DNA of 64,000 bases from Parasitella parasitica NRRL 2501. Its lineage: Eukaryota > Fungi > Mucoromycota. The translations under genes and the position numbers were made by a program. Each line of letters begins with the position of its first letter. The first letter of the stretch is position 1. Positions 24,549 through 36,611 of this stretch are shown here, in pieces. The stretch lies in contig MU619289.1 of NCBI GenBank assembly GCA_025201805.1, positions 99,357-163,356 of the forward strand. The letters run 5' to 3'. The notes under the pieces were generated by a model. It had not been told where the DNA came from and searched no databases. It was given only the letters and a program-made list of their open reading frames with translations.

Positions 24549-24636
24549 AAGAAGAATCAGATGGTGGTGCATGTATATTATATCCAATCTTTCAGTTATT
24601 TTCAGAAATGTGGATGCAATTCGTCATCTTCTTCTT
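24549..24636 (-). ncRNA. snR55: Box C/D snoRNA, snR55/U33-like
   Basis: Box C ATGACGA, D CTGA, 8-bp terminal stem AAGAAGAA/TTCTTCTT. D guide CATGCACCACCA is antisense to SSU rRNA UGGUGGUGCAUG. The +5 rule hits the U equivalent to yeast Um1269. Confidence 0.9.
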
Positions 24637-24804
24637 AACCAATACTCTGAGCAAAATAATGTACTTACGATTTAATAAAAACCATTCGAAAAGCCAAAAA
24701 GGAGGGATATGCAGACACTGTACAGGATATCTGTAGGATAAAATACAGGTTAGCATATGTCAAAATTAAAGCCATATTTAAAAAAAGGGAAACAAAAAAG
24801 AAAT

Positions 24805-24890
24805 GAATGCTCAGATACGAGGAATTCCATTATCGTTTCTTTCCACACGAATCATTCGGGATCATGATGTTCTCTTCGCCGCAATGATTC
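24805..24890 (-). ncRNA. snR57: Box C/D snoRNA, snR57-like
   Basis: D box CTGA preceded by GGAATTCCTCGT, antisense to SSU rRNA ACGAGGAAUUCC. The +5 rule hits the G equivalent to yeast Gm1572. Box C appears degenerate (GCGAAGA) with a TGC/GCA stem. Confidence 0.8.
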
Positions 24891-25557
24891 TTTTTATTTC
24901 CCATTTTTTTTATTTAAATGTATCATACTTGCCTTTTTGCTATAGTGTTATCAAAAAGGAAAACTCTACGCAAAGAAAAATCTTTTGGCTTTAAATGCGT
25001 TTTTTAGAATAAAAAATTTTTGGCCCACCGGTCACTTTTTGTTTTGCGATCAAGATTGGCAGTCGTTAGGGACGCCCATTAATTTTTGTGTGGAAAGCCA
25101 CTATTATATGGTTCGGTTCTGGATCATTAAATCATCCGGACTTTTTGTGTCATGGGCAAATTGTCGCTGGCGGCGGCTGCCCTGATCGTTATACCAAGGA
25201 GACGCATCGAATCTGCTAAACAGCAGATTGATTGGCAATCGACCCTTCTCATGTTAAAAATAGCATTTAAATAACATGTTTAATGAATCATTTGATTGAT
25301 TTCATGATATACATCTTGTGCTGAATGATGATATTAGTACAAATAACTTGAAAAGGACCATCAGTTGTTTGAAAAGATTGTAGCAGTGTTTAACAAAGTT
25401 AGAGGAGGTTATGCAGAAAATCAAACCCTAAACAGTTACTGTATATGTGAGTAAATAAGGAGGTGTGAAATGAACACTTTTTCATATAAAAAGAATGAAA
25501 TGGACAAAATCTTCGATTTAGATTCCTCTTCTCAAATATATACCATATACTTGCATA

Positions 25558-27664
25558 ATGAAAAAAGAATCGCTTCCTTCATCAATTAGCAACAATAGTG
25601 ACAAAACTAAAGTCTTTGCTGATCTGCATGATATGGAAGTCATCAAAGATAAAGAAGAATTGGCCAGTTACTGCAGTGGAGAAACCAAGATTTCTCTTGA
25701 CTTGAAAGATTTGGAAACCACTAAACAAAAGGAATACGACTTTGTGTCTCTTGAAAACAACGGCTCTTGTGTTAGCGAAATTGAGTTCGTGGAGCATTGC
25801 AATCAGCAAGATGAGAAGAAGCTGATCAGAAAACTAGATTTACGCATTATGCCATTATTCTGCTTGTTTTATTTTTCTGATTTTCTAGATCGTGCAAATA
25901 TAGGAAATGCAACGTACGTATATACATATGACGAAACCTGTTTTTGAGCGCTGATCTTGTGTCTATAATAGTTTGGCAGGTCTTAGGACTGATCTTGGGG
26001 TACGTGGAAGCATTGTTCAATGCAGTATTCACATTTACTAATGTCAAAGAACAGATGACTTCGAATGAACTAAGCACCGCTATATCCGCATTCTTTATAA
26101 CATTTGTAAGATGTTCAAGTATACATGCAATTATAGGTTTTCGAACATGTATTCTAAATTATATTTGCTTTACAGATCATTTTCGAGATACCTTCAAATG
26201 TTGTACTGAAAAACACTAATGCGGCAATGTGGCTGTCATTGACCATGCTCATTTGGGGAATAACGACTCTTGCTATAGCCTTTGTTAAAAATTTTGCAGG
26301 TCTACTGATAGCAAGACTCATTTTAGGGTAAACTAGCCGCCACTCAACTATCAATTGCCACCCCTTTTAACAGTACATAAATTAGAGCGGCACAGAGTGG
26401 TTATAGTCCCGGACTCATGTTTCTATTATCGAAAGCATATACACCTCAAGAATTTAGCATGCGTGTTAGTATACTGATAACCATGGCTACACTGTCAGGG
26501 ATTCTTTCAGGCCCTTTGGCATACGCAATGACCTTTTTAGATGGAAGACATGGCCTGCATGATTGGCAATATCTGTTTATATTCGAAGGAACCCCTACAA
26601 TTGCTCTGTCTATCGTCTCTTATTTTGTCTTGTTTGACGATATACAAAAGGTCAAATGGCTATCTACCAAACAAAAAGAGCTACAATTAAACCGAATGAT
26701 ACCTCATCAAAGTGCTTGTGCAGGCCATGATTCAATCTCTCTCAAAACATTCAAAATAGTGCTTTTTGACTGGAAAACGTGGGCTTTTTCCGTGGTCTAC
26801 TTGCTGAATCATATCAACCTTACCAGTATTACAGTCTTTGCACCAACTCTAATTGATGGTTTGTTTGAAAAATCATTTTATTGCATACTGTGCCTAAATC
26901 TGTGTTACGATTAGGATTTGGTTTTGACCATAAAACTGCCCAGTTATTAACGGCTCCGCCTTGTGTAATTGGCACAATTGGTATATTAGTTGGTGGATAT
27001 TTGGCTGGTCGTTACAACTGTCGATCGCCTTTACTTGCCATTGGTTCTCTTATTATTGCAATTGGCTATACTTGTCTTCTACTTCTCAAAGACAAATGGG
27101 GTACATAAACAGCTTTTGGAAAAAACCTTCCTGTAAATACTAAAACTTGTGTGTAGCTCTTTATAGTACCTTATTTTTCATTCCTTCAGGAATGGGTATG
27201 CAAGGTACGTGATGTGATTTTTATTATTGTGCATATACGTATTAACATATGTTTGTTGATTAGCTGCCGCTGCAGTCGGCTGGTCCGCAATCAACTATCA
27301 CGACCTAAATGTAAGAGCTGTCGCTGTAGCTTTAGTATTTATGGTGGGAAATGTTGGCAGTATAATTGCAGCATATCTATTCCGAGCCCAAGATGCACCA
27401 AGATACGGTATGTAGAAGTATGAAGCAAACTAGATTATGAATCCTTACGATATATACACAGCATTTGGAATGCTATTCAATTTAGGAACTGCACTCGTCT
27501 CGGGAATTTTATCTATATTGACGGGCTATTTTCTGTACAGAGAAAATTGTCGTCGTGACAAAAACCCTAATGAAAAGGTAAACATCTAGTCCTTTGATAC
27601 GTTCTCGCCGAAACTTAACATTTTTCTTCACTATCTATAGAATCAATTCAGATTTTTTCTCTAG
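25558..27664 (+). CDS. MFS transporter, anion:cation symporter (Dal5/Tna1-like) family, multi-exon
   Basis: EKKLIRKLDLRIMP...FLDRANIGNA, IFEIPSNVVLK, GRHGLHDWQYLFIFEG, AQLLTAPP, DAPRY, ENCRRD, FRFFL*. Confidence 0.92.
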
Positions 27665-30600
27665 TCATTGTGTGTAAGGAATTTTTAATCACTGCATTTC
27701 ACACATAAATGTGATATGCATGAATCACTCTCGAACTATAAAATTGGTAAAGAACATCAGCCACATATGATATGTATGATATGAGAAAGAAAGTAAATAA
27801 ATAAAGGCAAAGGCCATTCTGTACTATTATAGCTTGATATTTTTTCTTTCTACCGCTTATATGTACTGCTTGTAATGTTTAATATCCTTGCAAAATTTCT
27901 CGTTCTCTACATTCACCTCGGTAACGCTGAAATGTGCTTCCAGCTCAATGGAAATTGTCTCAGATACTCCCCTACTAAAACAATTTTATATAAGGCAACC
28001 CAACTTTAAATATACACCAAAAAGCTGCTCAATCAGTACGTTCAATCATCTCCCCACGGTATGATTTGCTCTTCTTCGGTGTTATAAGGTCTCCCTCATG
28101 TTCTATTTACGTCCCCACTTAAACTACAGGTTTGGTAAGAACGCATTCCATCCTATTTGACCCACTTCACTCTCACAAATATACTTAGGATCGTAATGCT
28201 CCATTTCCATTCTCTGATCTCTTTATATGTCAACTATTTTCATACACATTTTTGACGGTTTGGCAAGTTCATAGGGGTTGGAATTTCGACCGCATCCTGT
28301 TTCTTTCGACAGCTACTATATATCTTTGGCCGATCAGAAAATAGGGCTTCTCAGCTTCAAGTATTTCGCTTTATCATCTTTTTTCTTAATTGTAATTTTT
28401 TCTCTGATGTGGGGACTATGCGACAATTACAATAATGCGATAGCATCTACTTTTTAGTGTATTACTTTCAATTGTCGATTCCGATACTGGATCCCTATTC
28501 TTTTCTTAAATATTCGATCAACAATATAATAATAACATAAGTGGGTGATGCAATTGTTTTATCAATATATGATATTATTTTTGAAAATGAACTAGACTAG
28601 ATCCTCATCATAAAATATATTACTTATCTCAAGAATGGTACAAGTAGCAGGGATAAGAAATGACAATTATCAAAATAAAAGTGTTATGCCACAAATATAA
28701 GCGCTGAACCTGGAAAGATACATTTATTAATCAAGCTTTATTTTTTTAGATTATTCAAAATATTATTTGATAAGGGAAACAACACGGAGTGGTGGACCTC
28801 GATGAACAGAGAAACAAGATAAATTCATGATCAAGTACGAAGCAGTTTGTCATCTTGATAAACTAGCGGTTCTAATAAAAATCCTACACATCTATCAAAA
28901 GGTAGTAGAGATAGCGCCAATGTCTTTTTTCATGTCGTGAATGGAGCTTGGAGTATACAATAAGTATCTGATGATAGCGCTAAATATATAGAGGATACAG
29001 ACGAGAGTAAAACATAAAGTGGCAATACTAGATGTTGATAACGTCCTACCATACCACTCATTTGACATGGTAATCAGCACAACGACTTCCACTCTGAAAA
29101 CGTGCACCAGTCAGATGTTTTTAAATGCTTTTAATCGGAGAGCAGCCTATCAGCAATTATTATATGCAATATTCTGATATGAAAATTTGTGATATCATCT
29201 GATAACTTTATGAATATCAATAAAAACATGAATGCCAATGTTGCTGCTAAATAGCGCCAAATCAATGCTAAGTTTTCCAAGTTAGATCTCGGTTCTACTG
29301 TCATTTTAGCAGAAGTTATGAGCAAATATGTGATATTTATGATAAATATTGAAAAATATAACTGTTTTCGCAGATAACTTTAGATAGAGACATTGCCCAG
29401 TGGAAAGCAAGTTATGCTCAGATAGTGATGATTATGCCTGCTCTTATGGTGCATCAGGCCCAGGCTTTATTTAGTTCTTTACCGAAGTTTATCAGGAAAA
29501 AAAATTGTTAACTCACCAACACAACTGTTGGTTTGTCATCATTTTGGAATATCTTTTTAAATGTAGCATAATAGTATAATAATTTAAGTCTGATATAATG
29601 ATATTTAATAGGCCTTCTCACATTTTGAAAATCACTTTTTTTTTGCTTATTACTCATATGCGAACCTTGCTTTTGCTGTATCCACCATATAAAGGGTGTA
29701 ATAATTTGTCATATTATCCAACATAGTTATAATGTACGGATCATGATATTAATTGGTGGTGATAATTCTTTTACAAATAAGGAATAAGCTACACAAGTTG
29801 TCATTAAACATCTTTGCAAGAGGTTCGAGGATTATTCAAAGATTACATCACGATAAGATCGCAGAATGTTGGGGAGACATCTTACTCGCGATTTCTCTTT
29901 TATAATGTAAAAGACACTTTTCCTGTCAAACATCAAATGTTATGTAGATAAACATTGATTAGGATATATCTTAGTATAAACATTGATCATACCTTATGTC
30001 CAATTTTGTATCTGGTTTTATTCTACAGAGAAAGTCTTATTTACTTCTTTTCATATAACATTTACACAACATTTCGCTGCGCCCTTTACACTGGAACAGC
30101 AGCTTTCTTTAGGACACTCTGCGCATCCTTGCACAAAATAATAGCAGCAGGGTTCAGTAAAAAACGTCTGATAATTTCCAAAATGTATGATATTTGACAT
30201 TTTCATTTCAATCCAGGCGGGAGTTATGGAGCATAAAAATTATTGCTTGATTTTGGCTGATTACTTTGGATAGTAGCGACTACACCCCTACAAGTGTGGA
30301 GGATATAGTAGCTTATCGAGAAGGAAAAATATGAAATAGGCCCTTTGAGCAGACAGGATGATCGCAGCATATAAAGGATAGCTTGCTATGATAAGTGTGG
30401 GATTATATGGCCTTCTTTGCTTTAATCTCATCTTTATATATTTCCTGATGCATTGACAAGAAAAAGAAGAGAACACTGCCACCTTCTTTTTTCCATATTA
30501 TTTGGCCAATATCAGCTATTATTGTTACACTTCAAATGTTGATATATGCAAAGCGTAAGTAAGTTGGCACTAATTCCTGTTTCAAAAAATTGTGATATGC

Positions 30601-31273
30601 AATATAAAGCACAAAATAACTATTTTTTTTTTTTTTTTTTTTTAAATTTTAGATTTCGTTAATATGATATTATGATATCGTCTAGTATTTCTTGAAGAAA
30701 TAAGTGGTATAAACTTACTGTTAGTTAAGGTTTGATATTAGTTTATTAGGTCAGTAATGATGGATAATACTCCAAAAAAAAAAGATCATGCAATGGTTCA
30801 AAAATTTGTTAATTGAGTATAGCCTTGTTTGAATAAATAATACGTATCATGTATCACATACATAGTTAAAGATGCTTTATATACGGTATGGTATTTCTTG
30901 CTACATGTAAGGGAGTTATTACATTGACTGTTTGAACATTTACGCACACTTGAAAGCAACAGAATTGAATTCATTACATTCTTCACAGACCACGAAATTT
31001 CAAGATCAAGATCAGTTTCTGGGTGTTTAGGTAATCAAGTATCAAGGAGCCACGTAATTGAAGTTCATCATCTATGATTTTTTTTTAGCAGAAGATTCTC
31101 TGTACCATAAGGTGTCTACTAATACACGAGAGGTTTGAATTCCTCGACATGTGTCATCTTGCAAGCGTAATGCTGAATTCCGGACTTGCAATAACGGAGA
31201 AGAGGCGTCGCGAAACAAAAAAAAAACCACAGAACGAAACTTATTGTTGGAAGGTTTCTTTTTACTCCAAACA

Positions 31274-32086
31274 ATGAATCCTTTTGGCACTGAACTCGTT
31301 ATTGGTCTATTAGCTATAGCACTCAACTATGGTGCAACATTTAAGCTTCCAACTACATCTTTATTAAAAGATCCTGTTCAAACTCTTTCAACCACAGTCC
31401 CTGCACTGTTTATTGGACATGCTTTACTAGTTGTCTTTGCTCACGTATTAAGAGGCACTACCGGAAAAGCATTTGTAAGTAGAAGCTGAAACTCCAAAAA
31501 CTTATTTTATGAATTGAGTAAGTTTTTTTTTTTTTCTAGAAATCAGTAGGCTTTAGTATATTGTCTACATTTACAGTTACTGGTATACTGCATATTTTAA
31601 CAGTATTATTTGGTGCACCCTTGATAGAGTAAAATCAATTGCCTGCATGTAAATCTACGCTAAACTTACACCTTCCTGTCACATTTGTCATGTAGAAAGA
31701 TACCCAACACTTTTTTATTTGCAGCATATCTTTCCATCTTGACTGTCATGCCATGCTATGAATCTTTCCAGGAGACGGCTTGGGTCAAAGTTTTTTTACA
31801 ACATAGGTAACGAACATCATAATGCATGCATGCCATCGCGTCTAAGTAGTGTTCTTTATGTAGACCTACGACCACGCCTGAGATTTACGCATATTCTCAA
31901 GCTATATGTGCCCTTTCAGGCGCATGGATCGGCGCCATTGTTCTGCCTTTAGATTGGGACAGGGAATGGCAGGCATGGCCAATTTCATGCGTTATATCAA
32001 CTTATGTGGGCCATTCGGTTGGCGTCTTGGCTGCTTTTATTTGGGCGTCATTGAAATTAATGTTTGGTAAAAAGAAGAGCGAATAA
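31274..32086 (+). CDS. GPI11: GPI biosynthesis protein PIG-F/Gpi11
   Basis: HILTVLFGAPL, GAWIGAIVLPLDWDREWQAWPISC; C-terminal KKKSE ER-retrieval-like signal. Confidence 0.93.
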
Positions 32087-32202
32087 AATGTGTATGTATA
32101 TGTATAGTAGAAGCGTTTATTTGGATAATATAATAATAATAATAAAAAAAAAAAAAAGGTTTACAAATGTACAAATTAAGGAATCATGATTTACAAGGAT
32201 TT

Positions 32203-34071
32203 TCAGGATGAAGACGTAGTACTTTCTTCAAAGGGTGGTTGTTCATAGATGGAACTTGCGGGCATAGTCATATTTTTATCGTTAAATATGCAACCGAGAG
32301 CGTTAACCCAGGTTTTGCGTCTTTCCATAGCGAATACCGCATTTTCTGATAATACTGTTTTTGGGCCTGCTGATTTCCGTTTCTTTGATTTTTGAGGTCG
32401 CTACAAATAATGTGGTTAGTTTTGTATCTCTTGTTTTCAAATGTGTCAACTCACAAATCTTTTCAAATATCCTTGCTCAACTTGACTGTCTAATGTATCT
32501 AAAACTTGGCGATATTGTTCGAATTGTAACTGATGGTCGACTACTTCCAATAATCTTTTTTTTTGATGATCGTTCAACTTTATTTGATCTTTGAGTTCGT
32601 GTCCGAGGGTGCGAAGTTCTGCGCAAATTTCATCGTCTTCTTTTGCGTTCCAATCGATCTATACATTATGATGAGTAAAATAAGCTGCTGCAGACTAGTC
32701 AGTATGCTAACGTACATCTTCATCACCAAACAAACCAGCATAGCGAAGCTCTCTTTTTAATCTTTCCTCGAATCCTACTATATCTTCCGTAGGGTCTGGA
32801 CTTAGTTGTGTCACTGTTTTTGCATTGTATCTCTTCTCTAGAGCATCTGTCATTATGCCACTTGCTCGTCCTGTCTCATCGAGTTGTTCTTCCTCATCGT
32901 CGCCATCATCTTCACTATGAATAATCTCTTCGGGTAACAGGTTTTCCTTGACCAAACTTGAAATTAATCTATCTGTCAAGGAACTGCTATCAGCATCACG
33001 CTGTGAATCTGTTGACATTGTGTGTTGTAAATGTTTGAGCTTGCTTTCGGATGTGTGTAAGCCTAGGGATTGATCTTCCTCGGCCCATTTTTCCGCATAA
33101 TGCTGTCCCAATGGTGGAATCAAATAAGGTTTACATTGATCTGATTTCTGCATTAAATATTCTCGATCCTCCTCTGTCAAATTGCGAAAATACGGTTCCA
33201 GCGTGGTCCAAAACGTTGTGATGGGCACTTGATCTTTGGGTTTTACTCGCACAAAATCAACCTCCTCCAGAGGCTGTGATTTTTGTTTAGAATTATGATT
33301 TTTACTGTGCTTACTGTCAGTATGATTCCCTCTTGCTGATGACGGCCTTTTAACCTTTTTGACATCTGCCCTTTGCTTGGAGGCTACGGGTGGCGGCGAT
33401 TCACTTTGTGGTAACAATGGCGACGCTGCATCCACTTTTTTTAGTTTGATATTGACATGAGATGATTCGCTTCGACGTTCGTCAGAGCCTTCAGTTTCCT
33501 CTCTTCTTCGCCTTCTTCTTATGACCTCGAGGGCGCTATTGGCATATTTAGTGCTAGGTTAGTAATACGCATGTCAAAACTTACGCCTGTCTGCTTAATT
33601 CAGGTTTCGGTATACTAGATGAAGAGTTAAGCATGTCCAAATCGTCATCTATCCAGAGCGTAAATGATCAAATCATTGTCTGAAAATGCCACTTCCTTAC
33701 CCTTCTCTTGCTTGATTCCCATCCTGTTTATGGGCGCAACACCTTTACCAGATGAATTGTCATTTGAATCTACTTGAGCATTTAAAAACCAACTACTTTT
33801 GAGTCGACGTTGCTATTCATAAATTACCTCCATCGCGAATTTTGACATGTCTTTCCAACACAAGCTGATCTTTTTTCAGATTTTTAATCCTAGATTGCGA
33901 TGAGTGGAGCATAGATTCCAAATCAGCTTTTATGATGATGAGTTCTTGATTATCAGGAATGCATTCATCTTGTTGAGGGGATACTGTTGGTTTAAACTGT
34001 TTGATGATAGAATTGGTTGTATTCGATACTTTTTGCGGTATACCATATTGACGCGTTAAATCAGTATTCAT
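32203..34071 (-). CDS. ADA3: SAGA/ADA histone acetyltransferase subunit Ada3/Ngg1
   Basis: KPKDQVPITTFWTTLEPYFRNLTEED, PYLIPPLGQHYAEKWAEED, LTDRLISSLV, FEERLKRELRYAGL, REDDEICAELR. Confidence 0.92.
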
Positions 34072-34452
34072 GATGTCGTTCTATGATTGTATATGTATAT
34101 GTGCGTTCAAGTTAAATGGTCATAAAAAAAGATGATTTAGGAGTATTTTCAATTGATACGCACAATTTAAAAAAATTGATATGAGAGAAGTGAAGATTAA
34201 ATAATAGATAGCTTCTCCCTCTCTGTGTTTATGGCGATGAAGCTACGTTTTCTGATTTTTCCTTTCACAAAAAACAGTGAATATATGCTACAATACCAAC
34301 GAAAATGAAATGAATGCAATGAACACCACCTTCTGTTCAAATAGTAAAGAGCGTCACATTAAAAGCGAAGAATACATGATATAAAAATAAAAAAAAAATG
34401 AAAAAAAAAAATGAAAGAAAAGCCTTCCTCTTTCTCATTTACACTTTCATCA

Positions 34453-34935
34453 ATGGTTGCTGTTACAAAGAATGGTTCAAAAGCTGACGTTGGTGGTGTG
34501 ATCGATACTATCAATAAAAGAGTCTCTGGTGAGTTTTATATACTTGTACCCTTGCGGCCAAATCACTCATCGACATGTTCAGGTAAGAATTGGAAAATCC
34601 AAAAGACGGCAACTGGCCGTAATCAACAACCAAAACAGCTTCGTAAGAGCTGGGATCAACGTTCCAAGGAACGCGCTAGAAATGATACCACCAAGAACCT
34701 TGAAAGACAACTGAAGGCTGATAAACAAGCTGTAAAGGATGTATGTATAGGAAACTTGAGATCTGACGGGATCTCTAATGATTATAATGAAATGTAGGCA
34801 AAGCGTGCAGTCAGCCTGGAGCGCAAAAAGCTGAGAGAAGAGCAAGAAAGAATTGAGGCACTAGCAGCCAAGATGTCTGCCAAGCGTCTTGAAAGATTGA
34901 AGAGAAGAGAAGCTAGAAAGAAGGCTAGAGTTTAG
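34453..34935 (+). CDS. CGR1: rRNA-processing protein Cgr1 (3 exons)
   Basis: RVSGKNWKIQKTA...SWDQR...AAKMSAKRLERLKRREARKK. Confidence 0.88.
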
Positions 34936-35327
34936 AAATGATATTTTGTGAATACCACCACCAAGACGATTGTAATATATTAAATTGAACAAGTAATAGG
35001 AGATGCAGGAGATTTTCGTTTTTGCATTGCATTGTGAACGTTTCACGAATGTCAATTTCGAATGTTGTATTTTTTTCTTGCTGGTTTGTTGTTGTTGGTT
35101 TGTTGTTTGTACACAAAGAATACAACAACATGCATGTAAAAACAAACGAAACGAGAGCAATCGTTTTTGGCGTCATCATATCTCTCACTTTCTTTTAAGA
35201 CAAAGGTATTCTTTTTATTTTGCATTGCTTTTTCTTTCTTTTACTTTAAACTTTTTATAACCCCTCATTTTTTGTCTTACCCCACTACCTTCCTTAACAA
35301 ACAATTTTCAATCCTTTTTCAGATATC

Positions 35328-36234
35328 ATGACTAAAGATCATAGTATAAATTATTTGGACTATGCTTTAACTGATTACGTGATACCTCAGCAAGTGCAAC
35401 CTCAGCAGCAGCAACAGCATCAGCAGTTGAATGTTTTATTTAAAGGAGAAATCGATATGATGTATCAACAACCTCAGCAACAGCAACAGTCAGATCAAAT
35501 ACCAAATTATACAAACATTTTATTGCCTCAATCGCCCGATGCTCTTCAATGTGATGATAATAATTCCTATTGCACCTCACCTGCTTCCATGTTGTCTACA
35601 GCATCAAATCATCTTCAGCAGCAGTTCCCTTCTCCCTCACCATCTCCTTATCAACACGCGTCTGATAATGCAGTTAGTCCAGTTAATGTAGTTCCCATGG
35701 AAACGATCACCTTGGATACCAACGGTTTTTATCCTTCGTTCCTACCTTTTGATTCTTCAGTTGACACTCCTTGTCCTAATGTCGATGAATTTATTGCAAC
35801 TCACACTAACAATAATACCACCAACAATAGTAAAAAGAGAAAATTGGATAAAGTCGAAAAAGATGATAAAGTAAATAATTCAGAAATGAAGAGGCAAATT
35901 CATATTCAATCAGAACAAAAAAGGAGAGCACAGATCAAAGATGGCTTTGAGGATCTTCGAAATGAATTGCCAAGTTGCTTGAACAAGAAAATGAGCAAGG
36001 TTGCTCTGTTACATAGAACAGTTCAACATATTCAACATTTGAAAAACACGCAAATGACGATATTAGCAGAACTTGAAAGATTAGCTAGCGAAAATGATCA
36101 GTTGAGAAAGTAAGTTTTGTAAATTGTAGAATATATATGGATTAATTATTAATTTACTTGATGTATGATGAAAAAAAAAAAGATTTCAAGAAAACGTGCT
36201 TCAAAAGCAACAATCAATGTATTCGACAACCTAG
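35328..36234 (+). CDS. bHLH-zip transcription factor (MLX/Max-like) with Q-rich N-terminus
   Basis: KRQIHIQSEQKRRAQIKDGFEDLRNELP...KMSKVALLHRTVQHIQHL followed by a leucine zipper; short last exon. Confidence 0.9.
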
Positions 36235-36611
36235 TTTATTAACACTACAGTTCCCTTTCTATCTCTTTTTTTTTTTTTTTTTTTTTTAACCCATTCCATT
36301 CATTTACATATATATATCACACACAACATTTTATGTATGTCTTTTTATTTTATTTTTGTATATGCCTTCTTCCTTTATTTATAACAGACCTTTTTTTTTA
36401 CAAATATAACAGATGTTTTTTAAACACACAAATCCCACACCTGAAAAGCTTAAAAAATGCATTTTCTTTTATTTTTGGTGTTTTGTACCATGTAATTGCG
36501 AGTGAGTAAAAGTAAGGGGTGTCGAAATGAATATTTTAGAGCATCAGAGAGTGGTAAAAGGTGAATTAAGCAAATATAATACTAAAAAAAAAAAGGGAAA
36601 ACAACAAATAT

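Larger units (their letters stand above)
23760..24990 (-). ncRNA. Spliced non-coding snoRNA host gene (ends approximate)
   Basis: Minus-strand introns 24928-24731 (GTATGA..GCTAAC..CAG), 24668-24489 (GTAAGT..ACTAAT..TAG) and 24397-24200 (GTAAAA..TAG), plus a further donor at 24152. Each long intron holds one C/D snoRNA. Joined exons 1-4 give only very short ORFs (about 11-14 aa). Confidence 0.8.

Noticed and set aside
27850-28420. Coding-looking minus-strand fragments (possible decayed gene or retroelement)
   Set aside because: Frequent stops and no motif I can assign with confidence.
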